A stretch of 64,000 nucleotides of DNA. Source: Octopus sinensis. Lineage: Eukaryota. The position numbers were made by a program, and so were the translations under genes. Positions 49,601 through 61,513 of the stretch are shown here, in pieces. A model generated the notes under the pieces. That model was not told the origin of the DNA. It ran no database searches and saw only the letters and a program-made list of their open reading frames with translations. The number at the start of each line of letters is the position of its first letter. Within the stretch, counting starts at the first letter, position 1. Where the stretch lies: assembly GCF_006345805.1 (NCBI RefSeq), contig NC_043020.1, forward strand, positions 992,001 to 1,056,000, given 5' to 3'.

Positions 49601-52600
49601 CCACTCACAAGACATTGGTCGGCCCAGGGCTATAGCAGAAGACACTTGCCCAAGATGCCACGCAGTGGGACTGAACCCAGAACCATGTGGTTGGTTAGCA
49701 AGCTACTTACCACACAGCCACTCCTGTGTATTGTAAATAGACCTTGTGTATTTACAATAATAAATGCTCATCCATTCTTGTCAACGTTGACCAATGACAC
49801 CGCATAGGAGAAAATGGGTCACAGTGCGTCAGGTTGATGTGTGCCTGGAGGGTTCTGCTGCAGGTTGGTCCATTGGGAATGAAGGCAAGGAATTGGCTCT
49901 GGTCTTGTGCAGCTCAAGTTATCCTTGTGCTCCTATTCTATTCGCAGGAGGTAGCATACTGGGGCCAATGCAATCAACTTAATCCGTTTGTCCTTGTTTG
50001 CCCCCTCTATGTTTAACCCCCTGTAGGCAATAAAGAAATAAGTATTAACAGCATTGGCAGGGGAAAAAACCATACCTGGCATCCAACCGCAGCACACACC
50101 TGCAATCACAGGGAACCTTGAACAGGTGTCGTATCCAAGCACAGACATACTGGAAAATAAAGGCAGAAACAAAATGCAATTATATTATTAATTGGGATGC
50201 ATGCATATGTCTTATCTTTCATTTGTTTCAATAATTAGACTGTGGCCATGCTGGGGCACTGCCATGAGGAATTTTTACTTGAATGAATGGAATCCAGTAA
50301 ATTTTTTAAAACCTTAGGAGTGGCTGTGTGGTAAGTAGCTTGTTTACCAAGCACATGGTTCCGGGTTCAGTCCCACTACGTAGCACCTTGGGCAAGTGTC
50401 TTCTGCTATAGCTCTAAGTCGACCAATGCCATGTGAGTGGATTTGGTAGACGGAAACTGAAAGAAGCCTGTCGTATATATGTATATATATATATGTATGT
50501 GTGTGTCTGTGTTTGTCCCCTTAGCATTGCTTGACAACTGATGCTGGTGTGTTTATGTCCCCGTCACTTAGCGGTTCGGCAAAAAGAGACCGATAGAATA
50601 AGTACTGGGCTTACAAAGAATAAGTCCCGGGGTCGAGTTGCTCGATTAAAGGTGGTGCTCCAGCATGGCCGCAGTCAAATGACTGAAACAAGTAAAAGGG
50701 ATTCTATTGGTCTCTTTTACTGAACCACTAAGCTTTATAAACAATCCGTTGTTACATCAGTGTATTATTGATATAAAAGATGGTTTAACCCTTTCGTTAC
50801 TTTTTTGGTTCAAAGTACCAACCCGGCCATACCCGGCAGTTAGAACCCATTGTTATTTAAATGTAAATTTGAACCCAAATCTCGTTGGTACATTCGTTAA
50901 AGCATGTGATTTCACATTGTAAATAGTTAAGTTATAGTATCCGACATTGCTTGAAGTGATATCTCAACTCAGTGAATTTTGGGAGATTTTTTTCCACACG
51001 TTTTTCGGCATCGATTTTTCTTCAACTTTGAAAATGGATAGGAGTTTCATGTTATCAAGCATTGATTCCGAATTTAAAGCTTTGTCAACGGAAAATAGGG
51101 AGATATCGAGAAAAAGAATGAAATAGGTACTAAAGCATGGTGTACAAAATAATGAATATTTTTTTATCCGAAGATGAAAGCAGCGCCTTCCGAAGAAACA
51201 AAGCGGCGAAGGCGACAGCGAAGACGATTTTACATCGGAATGAAGTAAAAAAACTTTTAAAATGTTTTTATTAGCAATTTCTCTGAGGAGATAAAGTTTA
51301 TCTATAGCCTTTCTTAGGAAGTGAAACCATTAGACTTTTATTTTTTTCAGTATGCTAGTTTGAAGTGATCACTTCGGAAACAAACTTACGCAGATTGTAA
51401 ACAAACCCAAAATCGGGGTTCAAAGTTTGGGAAATTTGTGAAGCAAATACTGGGTACTGTTGTGGATTTAGTTTTTATACAGGGAAACTAATGTTAGTCA
51501 GCATGGCTTAGGGTACGATGTGGTCTGGAAGTTATTGTTTGAAGCGATCAATGTGGAAACACACTTACGCAAATTGTAAACAACCTAAAATCGGGGTTCA
51601 AAGTTTGGGAATTTGTGAAGCAAATACTGGGTACTGTTGTGGATTTAGTTTTTATACAGGGAAACTAATGTTAGTCAGCATGGCTTAGGGTACGATGTGG
51701 TCTGGAAGTTATTGTTTGAAGCGATCAATGTGGAAACACACTTACGCAAATTGTAAACAAACCTAAAATCGGGGTTCAAAGTTTGGGAAATTTGTGAAGC
51801 AAATACTGGGTACTGCGTGGATTTAGTTTTTTTACAGGGAAAATAATGTTAGTCAGCATGGCCTAGGGAACGATGTGGTCTGGAATTTATCACTTCCATT
51901 CCATAACCAGGGCCGTATATTATTTTTTGACCGATTTCTTTAGTTCGGTCAAACTTACGGTGGATTCCAATATTTCAGTTTATTTCACCTTTATGGTACC
52001 TGTTGTGCATTAAATTCAACTGATCTAGTGATGTGCACAATTCTTCTTTATCAAAATTTTGTTGCATACCCATTTGAATATTAGCTGATGATTCATTTTC
52101 TATAGTGATGTTTAAACAAAAAATTTTTTACCTTTTGCTCAATTTAAAATTTTAATATTTTTACCTTTTGCTCAATTTACCTGTAATTAAAGTCACTTTG
52201 AGACAAAAGTTATGCAATAGAATTGATTAAGAACCCTTCCTTTAATTATGTTCCAAATATCACATTAAAATGTTAAGTAAAAAAGTTACAGTTATTTAAT
52301 GAAACAAGCCTAAATTCATGATTATTTTAGAATTTAATTGAAACTCATGAGGGGTGTATTTTGGTCAGAAATATAGTAACGAAAGGGTTAAAGTTCTCTT
52401 CAGCCACAAACATTGTTAGTCCATATATGCTCACAAACATTCTTTTACATGTTTCAGTCATTTGATTGCGACCTTGATGGAGCATCTTCTTAACCCTTTA
52501 GTATTAACCGGCCAAAATAGTTAATCTGTTTTATGTTCAAACTGACCAGATCCAGGCTCTCACACTTACCCTACAATGCTATTCTACATTAAGTAATTGC

Positions 52601-55600
52601 ACCATCAAGATCTTGAAGATATGAGATAATGCATGATTAATTCAAATCAATGGGAATCAATAAGCATTATGTTTGATAGAATAATCTGAACACTAAAGGG
52701 TTAAAGGGTTTTAGTCAAAGAAATCAACCCCAGGACTTATTTGTTGTAAGCCTAGCACTTATTTTATCGGTCTTTTACCAAACCACTAAGTTACGTGAAC
52801 GTAAACACACCAGCATCAGTTGTCAGGCGATGGTCGAGAGACAAACACACACGTATATATACGATGGGCTTCTTTCAGTTTCCATCTACCAAATCCACTC
52901 ACAAGGTTTTGGTTGGCCTGAAGCTGTAGAAGACACTTGTCCAAGGTGCCATGCAGTAAGACTGAACCTGGAACCACATGGTTGGCAAGCAAGCTTCTTA
53001 CTACCCAATCATGCCAGTACCTATAGTCATTATTTGCTAATAAACCCATCGCTAAATTCCTTATATTGCTCTGGTTAACTAATTTAGATTGATTAAAAGA
53101 TACACATTATTATCTAGGTTGACCAAACTGGCACCAATCACTGCTGCTGTGTCCAGTAATTAAAGACTAATTACTAAGAGTAAACTGGTAATTATAATTT
53201 AGACATCAAAGAGAGAAGGATTGGAGAGATTTGATAAAGGTCTGTAACAGAGATTTGTGGAATATAAACGGTTCAAAAGTGGAATAAATTGGTTTGTTGT
53301 GTGGAACAGAGACTGTATAGAGTTTCTGACTGTGCCGTTATTTGGAGAGTAATTAATCTCCGATGGAATCGAGTAAATAGAAAGGGTGTGTGGAGAATTG
53401 TAGACTGCAGGTGCAGGTGTGTGGCTGGGTAGTAAATAGCTTGGTTCCTAACCACAGGATTTTAGGTTCAGTCCCACCGTATGGATCCTTGACAGGCCGT
53501 CTTCTACAACCTTGGGCCAACCAAAGCCTTTGTAAGAGGATTTGGTAGATGGAAACTGAAAGAAGACTGGCATATAAAAATATACATATATTATATACAC
53601 ACACACATATATATTACTAGTGGGGTGCAAAGAGCACCATACGAGTGTGATCATTGACAGAGTGGCTAACCGGCTTCAGTGTCAGTGGCACTTAAAAGGT
53701 ACCATTCGAGCGTGATCGTTACCAGCATTGCCTTACTGGCACTCGAGCCCTGAGCTAGTAAGGTATTAAGAGCACCATCCGAGCGTGATTGTTGCCAGAG
53801 CAGCTAACTGGCCTCCGTGCCGGTGGCACGTAAAAGACACCATTCAAGCGTGATTGTTACCAGCATCACCTTACTGGCACCTGTGCCGTTGGCATGTGTA
53901 AAAAAAAATTCGTGCGGGGTCATTGCTAGTACTGCCTGACTGACCCCTATGCTGGCAGCACGTAAAAGCACCCACTACATTTTCGGAGTGGTTGTGGTTA
54001 GGAAAGGCATCCAGCTGTAGAAACTCTGCCAGATCAAGACTGGAGCCTGGTGCAGCCATCTGGTCACCAGTCCTCAGTCAAACCGTCCAACCCATGCTAG
54101 CATGGAAAGCGGACCTTAAACGATGATGATGATGTAAGCATATGCTTATGAGCACAAGCGCACACACAAGTATGGGGCGGGTGTACTTTTTCCAGTTTCC
54201 TTTTACCAAATCTCCTCACAGGCTTTGGTCAGCCAGAGGCTACAGAAGATACTTTCCCCAGTGTTACGCAGCAGGATTGAACCCGGAACTTTGTGGTTAT
54301 GAAGTCACACCTGCGACTATAGTAATATATGGCAGAGTATAAAAATCAAAATGCAAACCTCAATGAAACGATCGCACACTCTGTGTCCATCCAAGGTGGG
54401 GTTGTTCTCTCTGTAGAATTCCACATCAAAGTAGAGCTTACAGACAGCACCTGCAAAATAACGGTGGCAGCAAAGTGAGAACCAAATTGTCTTTAACCCT
54501 TTAGCATTTAAACTGGCCATATCCGGCCAAATGTATTCAGCCTGTTTTATGTTCAAACTGGCCAGATCTGGTCTCTCACACCAACCCTACAATATCGTTT
54601 TAAAAATTAACAGCTACCTCATCAAAATCTCATAACTACAAGATAATGCATGATTAGTTCAAAACAATATGGATGAAAAAGTATTAATTTTGGTAGAATA
54701 ATGCAAACACGAAAGGGTTAAACCAAAGGATGTAGAACATTACAATTGGGTGCAGGCATGGGCGGTGGAGGGCTTAAGAAGTTTTACCATCATGTGGCCA
54801 TGTGGTTCAGAAATTTGCTTCCAAACCATGTAGACTTAAGTCTACAGGAGGCAAGTACCTCATATTATGGCCATGAGTCAAGAAAGCCTTTTTCTGTGGA
54901 TTTGGCAGATGGAAACTGAAACAAGGGCTGTGTGCACACATTCATGTATGTATGTATGTATGCATGCATACATGTGTGTATATGTGTGCGTGTATGAGAG
55001 ATTGACAGAGGGAAGAAAAAAATCTTACCTTCTGGAATGATCTCATAATGGTGCCGCTTACTTTCCTTCAGTTGGCTGGACATAAAGAAAGAAAGGAAGA
55101 ATAAAGAATACAGACAATGGTCAGAGAAAATACTCCAACCCCCCCACCCCTTCCATTGTTTCAATAAACAATTTAATCCTTTAAATTAAGCAATTAAAAC
55201 TGACCACATCCAGCCATGATATTCCATTTCTTTTACATTGAAACTGACCAAATACAGCCTCTTCCATCTTTATGAATAGACAATCCCATAATTGAAATAT
55301 ATATATTGTTACGGGTTTAACTAGTGCAGTGTTTCTGACCCACATAGGAATAATGGCACCATCATGTCTGGTGAAAATGTGACAGTCTTTTGTCTAATGG
55401 AGGACTAATGGGTTTTGGAATGACCTGTGACCTTGTGCGGGTGAATTAGGGGTCACTCTGGACACCCCTTGAATATGTCGTGAGAGAGGATGAGGGGGCA
55501 TAGAGGGACAGGCAGAGAGTATGGTAGAGCTGTCAGGAGAGGGTAAGGGGCGATAGCGATAGAGTAAGAGCAGAGGGCAAATAGAAAGGATAAGCAGTAA

Positions 55601-56593
55601 GGGACAGATTGAGGATATAGATAGAGTATAGGGACCAGGGCAGTTAGAGAGGGTGTGAGCGGTACAGAGGGAGATGAGGGAGTGGAAGAAGGACAGAGAC
55701 GAAGTGAGGTCTTGGCAGTCGTTGAGCGGTTGTCGAGGAGCACAGACGGATCTTGGAGTCGCTGGCCGGTCCTCGAAGAAGACAGACGGACCTTGGATTT
55801 AAGGGGCAAGCGTTGGAATTCTTGGGGGCAAGTTGGATGCGAGAAAGCTTGGCGGCACAGAAGGGAATTAGCAGTATTCAGAGGAATTAGCAGTATTGAG
55901 AGGAATGGGACACTGGCAGATTCAATTAGGAATTGAGGTATGTGTTTGTGCATTGATATGTGTCACGGTGTATTGAACAGTGAAAAGAACAGTCAAGGAC
56001 TGTCGATGTGGTCGATAAAGGACATTGTGAAGAAGAGTAAAGGACTTGTTGATTATGATGTTTAGGAAGAGACTTTAAAGAACTGTTGTCTTGGGACGTG
56101 TACTCTTGAATTGTTACATGATGTTGTATTATGCTTTGAGTTGTACTCTTGAAATGCTGTTGGATTATGTATTGAGTAGTCACGTGCATGCTTTGATGTA
56201 TCTTGATGTTGTAACAATTGTAATTGTCGTATAAACTGTTGTTTGAATATAAGCCAGTGTTGCCATGCCTCTTTGGGTTGTATCTCGGGTTGTGCCTCTG
56301 TATCTCTGTGCTGTTGAGGTTGTGGCAGTATCTATCTGTATCTCCTCTCTCCGCCTCTTTGGGTTCCGTGGCAGAACTTGAGTGGGCCATTTGGGGCGAG
56401 CGACGACAACGGGTGATTCCATAACAATATATTTAGGGAGAATTTATAAAAAAAAAAAAAGATGGAGACAGGTGTGTAAACAACAAACTGATGTATTAGT
56501 TTAATGCTCAGGAAGTGAGAAAGTCTTCGTCAGAAGGGAACACAGAAACAGGGAGAGAAAATAGAAAATATATATATACATATATATATATAC

Positions 56594-56642
<49 letters not shown>

Positions 56643-57881
56643 TCATCATCATCATTTAATGTCCGTTATATATATTTTGCATAACAAAACTGAACCCAAT
56701 CATAGAGACTTAGGTTCAGTTCAGTTATGTGAGTGGATTTTGTAGACAAACTGAATGAAACTTGAATGTGTATATATGTGTGTGTATATATGTTTACACA
56801 TATATACCCTTCACAAGACGCCATTGTAAACGAGCATCACTGTCATACAAGCAGTGTTATTTGTTTCCAGTCTGGCCATGGAGGAATATTACCTGGTTTG
56901 TAAAGTAAAGGTTAGCAGCAGGAAGGGTATCCAGCTATAGAAAATCTGCCTCAACAAATTCCAACCCATGCAAGCATAGAAAAATGGATGTTAAAAACGA
57001 TGATGATGATGATTATGTGTGTAGAGAGGAGGAGAGAGAGAGAGAGAGATAGATATTCATGTTGCTATAAGAATCATTGTTTACTTTCCATTGTAGGGGG
57101 AGCTGGAGGGGCCAGTAATGCTGTGCTGTGATATTTATGCCTTTCCTAAGGGTACTTACCTATAATAGTGCCAAAAGACAGGATAAGGTGAAGCTAGGAA
57201 CATGCGTTGGCCTTGCACCTCTGACACGAAGGATTTGCTTTCGTAAGCAAACACATGAAGATCCTGACAAAAGACAAATATAAACATTATTGAGAGACAG
57301 GCACAGGAGTGGCTGTGTGGTAAGGAAGATTGTTTGCCAGCATAACATGGCAGTCCTGGCTTAGAACGAATGTTGCTGTAATTTAGCCCCCAGGAGACAT
57401 CGTCTCCAGCTGGCTGTATGACACAATCTGTGTCCTATTTCCTTGTTCGAAAATGTAAGGACACAGATCATCTCATACAACCAGCTGGAGATGATGTCTC
57501 CTGGGGCTAAATTACAGCAACATTCGTCCTAAACCAGGGCTGCCATGTTATGATGGTAAACAATCTTTACTACAAAAAAATAGCTTATACGAGACTTGAT
57601 TAATAAACAAAAAAATGTTGAAAAAAAAAAGAAAAGAAAGTGATTTTAACTCACAGCATTCAATTATTAAGCATTCATAATTGGAATAAATAAATAAAAT
57701 TGAATTTTGATTTACTGCTGGGTGTCTTTTGACCAACCCTGCATATGAGCACAAGAATAGGTCCTCACCTTTTGTGGAAATGCCCGCACGTAAGAGAAAG
57801 CTTCGGACTGTTTGAAGAACGGCTTCCATGTTGGAGAAGGCCCAATGATTCTGGAATTAAGAAATTACAATATATATATAT

Positions 57882-57923
<42 letters not shown>

Positions 57924-59593
57924 TAAGCACATAATGTGAAACAAGACGGGTGGGCGAAATAGTACTCAAATACAGGAGGTAGAGTAATATGCTTTACTAA
58001 TAAAGCTGCAAAAAAAAAAAGAATATTTTGGAGATGTTTTTGCAGCTTCAATACTCAAGTGTATGTGTGTAGTGTGTGTGTGTATATATATATTCTTCAC
58101 AAATGTAAATAAACCCAATCTGTTTCTTAAACGAGGGACATATTCATACGGCACAGAATGTTTTTTTTTTTACCTCAATAGACGTCAGTGATTGGTTGAA
58201 ATTGCAGAATTTGAAGAAAAAAAAAACAAATATCTTACAAACTATAGAATTTTCTCAATAAAGCCAAGAGAAAAAGATGTTTTATAAACACATTCTACCA
58301 GTATACGAAGTTTAAAATTTTTTAGTTACCCAGAAATTATATTAAAAACTGCCGTTCAAACAAATTGACCCCTAAATTTGGTACTTATCCTGCAGGTCTC
58401 TTTTGCAAACTGCTGTTATGGTGACATAAACAGCGATGTGGTCGACACACACACGAAGGGATTCCACGTTTTGTGTACCAAATTCTCTCATAATGCATTA
58501 GCCTGCCCGTGACTATGATAGAAAACACTTGCCTGAGGTGCTGTGCAGTGGGACTGAACCCGAAACGGCCATGCTGTGGTTCTAGATTACAGATAACGCG
58601 GGAAACTGAATATAACAATTAGAAAAAGAGCGCAGAGTTGTTTCCCTTAAGTTTGTTATCTCCCTTGTTCAAAATTAACTCACCTCGTAGGAAACTTCTT
58701 TGGGATTATTTCTTCAGAGTACTTGGCAGCTTTTTGGTCCAATTTCTTTTCAATTCGTTTTCTTTTTCTTGAAAAGAAATAAAAATAAATGTTGAGTTTA
58801 TAAATAAGGGATCTTTTCGGTTTGAACGGCAGTTTTTAACAATTTCGAGGTAACTAAAAAATTTTAAACTTCCTATACTGGTAGAATGTGTTTATAAAAC
58901 ATCTTTTTCTCTTGGCTTTCTTGAGAAAATTCTATAATTTGTGAGATTTGTTGTTTTTTCCTTCAATTCCTGCAATTTCAACCAATCAATGACGTCCATT
59001 GAGGTAAAAAAACATTCTGTGCCGTATGAATATGTCCCTCGTTTAAGAAACAGATTGGGTTTATTTACATTTCTGAACCCCTAATCCTAACCCTAAAACA
59101 GATTGAAATGCAATAGATCGATACTAGGGTCATAATTACGGGTGACAATTTCATATGACACCGCTACAAAAAAACTGCCACTCAAACCGAAAAGATCCAA
59201 AACAAGATTTCTGGGGACTTAAATTTATCTTGTAGGTATAAGGAGTAAAATACCATCACCACCCCTATTGGACACCAGAACCCTATGAAGTAAACAAGAA
59301 CATTTGAATGCCTTATTAGCCACAAGATCCCCTCGCATAATAGCAAACTGTAGCAGATGAGTATTATTTCACGAAGGTATTCCGAAAAGCTCCTTGGTTT
59401 AAGGGCATCATAAAAGGGCTGGTTGGAGTCACAACCTTCCAATTTTTTTTCACAGGGCTCAGAAAAACTGAAGGACCGTTGTAATGAGTGTGTGAACCTC
59501 AGAGAGGAATATGTTGAATAAAATCATAATTAACTGATCCTCCTGTATTTTCTTTTACCCTAAACCAAGAATTTTTTAGTAGACCCTCACAAG

Positions 59594-59629
<36 letters not shown>

Positions 59630-61066
59630 ATATATATATCTTTTTCTTGTTTCAGTCATTTGACTGCGGCCATGCTGGAGCACCGCCTTCAGTCGCGCAA
59701 ATCGACCCCGGGACTTATTCTTTGTAAGCCCAGTACTTATTCTATCGGTCTCTTTTGCCGAACCGCTAAGTGACGGGGACGTAAACACACCGGCATCGGT
59801 TGTCAAGCAATGCTAGGAGAAACACAGACACACAAACACATACATATATATACATATATACGACAGGCTTCTTTCAGTTTCCGTCTGCCAAGTCCACTCA
59901 CAAGGCATTGGTCAGCCCGGGGCTATAGCAGAAGACACTTGCCCAAGATGCCACGCAGTGGGACTGAACCCGGAACCATGTGGTTGGTTAGCAAGCTACT
60001 TACCACACAGCCACTTTTATATATGCATATGTGGAGGCGCAATGGCCCAGCAGTTAGGGCAGCAGACTTGCGGTTTCGATTCCCAGACCGGGCGTTGTGA
60101 GTGTTTATTGAGCGAAAACACCTAAAGCTCCACGAGGCTCCGGCAGGGGGTGGTGGCGATCCCTGCTGTACTCTTTCACCACAACTTTCTGACTCTTTCT
60201 TCTATTGGTCAGCTCGCTTAGCCAGCGGGGTGGCGTCATTTGAAGGCTAAAACAATGCGAAGCGCATTGTGACCAGCGATGTGTAGCAACATCTGATAGC
60301 CTGATCGGTCACGGTGATATATGCATACATACACATACATTACATGCTTTACATGTAAATCTACATGCATGTATGGGTACAGGACGTCAGAGAATCATGA
60401 ACAAAATGAGAAAATAGATAAACAGGGGACAACTGATGAAGGGAATGTTCTTTATGTTGCCTGACTATTTTCTCTGTTTCTTTCGTTGTTTGAATAAAAG
60501 TTCGTTTTCCATGTTTTTATCTTCTTGTTTCTCATTTTGCTCACGTTTTTTCTTTTGACGTCCTGTAGCCATATATGCATGTACATATACGCCATGTATC
60601 CATTTCCAAGTATACATACATCATCATCATTTAGCGTCCGTTTTCCATGCTAGCATGGGTTGGACTGAGCTAGCATGGGTATACATACATATATATATAT
60701 AGGGATAATTCACAAAAAGAAACAAAAGACGAAGACAGGTGGTGTAGACAACAAACAGATGTGTTAGTATAATGCTCGGGAAGTGAAAAAGTCTTTAATG
60801 TTTCGGGGCTACACTCTTCCAATGAAACAAGGAGAGAAAATAAAGAATGTGTAGTGGCTAGCATTATATATATATATATATATCTATCTGTAAAATAATG
60901 TGACAATTATTCGGTAGCCAAGATAAAACTGAGTTTCAGATGCCGAGGTGGAAATCCACACCACCATCTCTTCATCTAATTGTAACATTATTTTACAGAT
61001 AAATTTCCTCTATTTACATAATATTGAGGTCTTTTTCTTTCTTTTGTTATCTTAACGATTTTATCA

Positions 61067-61099
<33 letters not shown>

Positions 61100-61513
61100 C
61101 TTTACTCTTTTCAGTCATTTGACTGCAGCCATGCTGGAGCACCACCTTTAATTGAGCAACTCGACCCCGGGACTTATTCTTTGTAAGCCCAGTACTTATT
61201 CTGTCGGTCTATTTTGCCAAACTGCTAAATTTGGGACTAAGGTTTGGTGGAAGATTTTAATTCAAAACTTATGAAAACAAGATATTTGTACCAGAGAGCC
61301 AGAGCTGGTTTCGGCCGGGTTGGTAACGAGAGGGTTAAGTCAGATTGGGTAATTTAATTCAAGGTGTACTTATAGCTGAATAAAGAGAGAATGGCTGTCT
61401 GGGAGGACTGTGACCATAAGATTGTGTGCGTGATGACGATATGACAGTAATTACCTGGAAGTGCCATAGAAATTGACAGCTGGGAAAAACTGGGATTTCA
61501 CTTCAGGATCCAT
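40439..61513 (-). CDS. PRIMPOL: DNA primase-polymerase PrimPol, complete spliced CDS (14 coding exons, 1779 nt, 592 aa)
   Basis: Exons joined by hand; all introns GT-AG with matching phases. Motif I YFDVEF, motif II KYSEHLIF, motif III ICDLGVYSKNRNFRL, Zn finger YRWCGNIGREHRSNN...QKCHDPDC, acidic C-terminal tail. Colinear with vertebrate PrimPol as I know it. Confidence 0.97.
41128..41505. repeat. Compound (TG)n/(TATG)n microsatellite in PrimPol intron 13
   Basis: Directly visible. Confidence 0.98.
42185..42660 (-). mobile_element. Mariner transposase fragment
   Basis: HFRHILLFNFRKGKKAAE..VYG...CQKWF..SGWPT.VDDD..TVREIAERL..WVP on the minus strand. Confidence 0.85.
42910..42992 (-). CDS. 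PRIMPOL: PrimPol coding exon 13 (LIVDLKQCVYYQKCHDPDCKRINYRSE)
   Basis: cttccAG / GTATGA; second half of the Zn finger. Confidence 0.97.
44135..44339 (-). CDS. PRIMPOL: PrimPol coding exon 12 (SPYPEIDAFI...YRWCGNIGREHRSNNI)
   Basis: cttacAG / GTAAGG; first half of the Zn finger. Confidence 0.97.
44554..44762. mobile_element. piggyBac-type MITE (TTAA CCCTTTAG...CTAAAGGG TTAA)
   Basis: TTAA TSD and TIRs; other copies at 52494-52700 and 54497-54717. A related CCCTTTCGTTAC family is at about 41740-41965, 46235-46460 and 61235-61335. Confidence 0.88.
44765..45000 (+). mobile_element. tRNA-derived SINE, family 2, with a Tx1-like 3' tail
   Basis: GGCGGCGAGCTGGCAGAA head, GAGTTCAAATTCC B-box, tail CCCTTGTGGGCAATAAAGAAA; partial copies at about 47095-47300, 47870-48100, 48830-49400 and 49965-50045. 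Confidence 0.85.
45126..45217 (-). CDS. PRIMPOL: PrimPol coding exon 11 (YHQDLRILTF...)
   Basis: attctAG / GTACGA; LRILT motif; phases 2-1 fit. Confidence 0.9.
45807..45957 (-). CDS. PRIMPOL: PrimPol coding exon 10 (VYSKNRNFRLFLSSKLGK...)
   Basis: ccttcAG / GTAAGT; signature VYxxNRNFRL. Confidence 0.97.
46612..46977 (-). CDS. PRIMPOL: PrimPol coding exon 9 (366 nt; S/T/P-rich insertion ending in motif III ICDLG)
   Basis: atccAG / GTAAGT; open in the required frame, phases 1-1. Confidence 0.93.
47302..47876 (+). mobile_element. Interspersed retroposon fragment ending in (AAT)n
   Basis: Non-coding, (AAT)n tail; recognised from memory as a common Octopus repeat. Confidence 0.55.
48131..48204 (-). 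CDS. PRIMPOL: PrimPol coding exon 8 (TSSKYSEHLIFILNQAAFKDNSHV, motif II SxH)
   Basis: ttttgcAG / GTAAGT. Confidence 0.96.
50076..50149 (-). CDS. PRIMPOL: PrimPol coding exon 7 (YVCAWIRHLFKVPCDCRCVLRLDA)
   Basis: tttccAG / GTATGG; phases 0-2 bridge exons 6 and 8. Confidence 0.93.
50789..52387 (+). mobile_element. Non-autonomous piggyBac (1.6 kb) with an internal tandem repeat of about 179 bp of transposase sequence
   Basis: TTAA|CCCTTTCGTTAC...GTAACGAAAGGG|TTAA; units near 51378, 51557 and 51735 match 14530-14730. Confidence 0.88.
53615..54133 (+). mobile_element. RTE LINE 3' tail with internal tandem repeats
   Basis: Ends GCGGACCTTAAACGATGATGAT; related pieces at 43270-43610 and 56810-57012. 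Confidence 0.8.
54359..54450 (-). CDS. PRIMPOL: PrimPol coding exon 6 (AVCKLYFDVEF..., catalytic motif I DxE)
   Basis: tttgcAG / GTTTGC; CKLYFDxEF. Confidence 0.97.
55029..55075 (-). CDS. PRIMPOL: PrimPol coding exon 5 (QLKESKRHHYEIIPE)
   Basis: gtccAG / GTAAGA; HxYEIIPE motif. Confidence 0.93.
55307..56426. mobile_element. Solo LTR of about 1.1 kb
   Basis: TGTTA...TAACA termini, ATATAT on both flanks, no internal coding domain. Confidence 0.7.
57160..57263 (-). CDS. PRIMPOL: PrimPol coding exon 4 (DLHVFAYE...GQRMFLASPYPVFWHYY)
   Basis: tttgtcAG / GTAAGT; matches the DVHVFALE...GQR...FWFYY segment. Confidence 0.95.
57342..57551. mobile_element. Foldback MITE (near-perfect 210-bp palindrome)
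   Basis: ATAACATGGCAG...CTGCCATGTTAT with arms of about 85 bp. Confidence 0.88.
57769..57850 (-). CDS. PRIMPOL: PrimPol coding exon 3 (IIGPSPTWKPFFKQSEAFSYVRAFPQK)
   Basis: ttccAG / GTGAGG; matches the W-x-x-F-x-x-Q-x-x-AF segment. Confidence 0.92.
58684..58767 (-). CDS. PRIMPOL: PrimPol coding exon 2 (KRKRIEKKLDQKAAKYSEEIIPKKFPT)
   Basis: ttttcaAG / GTGAG boundaries; resembles the basic N-terminal helix of PrimPol; phases 2-2. Confidence 0.88.
58809..59198. mobile_element. GGATC-terminal MITE of about 390 bp
   Basis: TIR GGATCTTTTCGGTTTGAACGGCAG; copies at 58094-58361 (partial), 61657-62045 and 62215-62633. Confidence 0.88.
60031..60318 (+). mobile_element. tRNA-derived SINE, family 3
   Basis: GTGGAGGCGCAATGGCCCAG head, GGTTTCGATTCCC B-box. 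Confidence 0.85.
60365..60580. repeat. Inverted-repeat element
   Basis: ATGCAT.TATGG.TACAGGACGTCA...TGACGTCCTGTA.CCATA.ATGCAT arms. Confidence 0.75.
61455..61513 (-). CDS. PRIMPOL: PrimPol coding exon 1 (MDPEVKSQFFPAVNFYGTS); exon extends to acceptor at 61531
   Basis: ttttacAG acceptor, ATG at 61513, donor ccag|GTAATT; phase 2 fits exon 2. The frame is open upstream to the acceptor, so a longer N-terminus cannot be excluded. Confidence 0.8.

Noticed and set aside
55453-56424. Protein-coding ORFs inside the 1.1-kb block
   Set aside because: Low-complexity purine/pyrimidine-biased LTR sequence with TG...CA ends and a TSD; no domains.
59080-59100. Telomeric CCCTAA repeats (also near 62520)
   Set aside because: Two or three units internal to a MITE family; not an interstitial telomere array.
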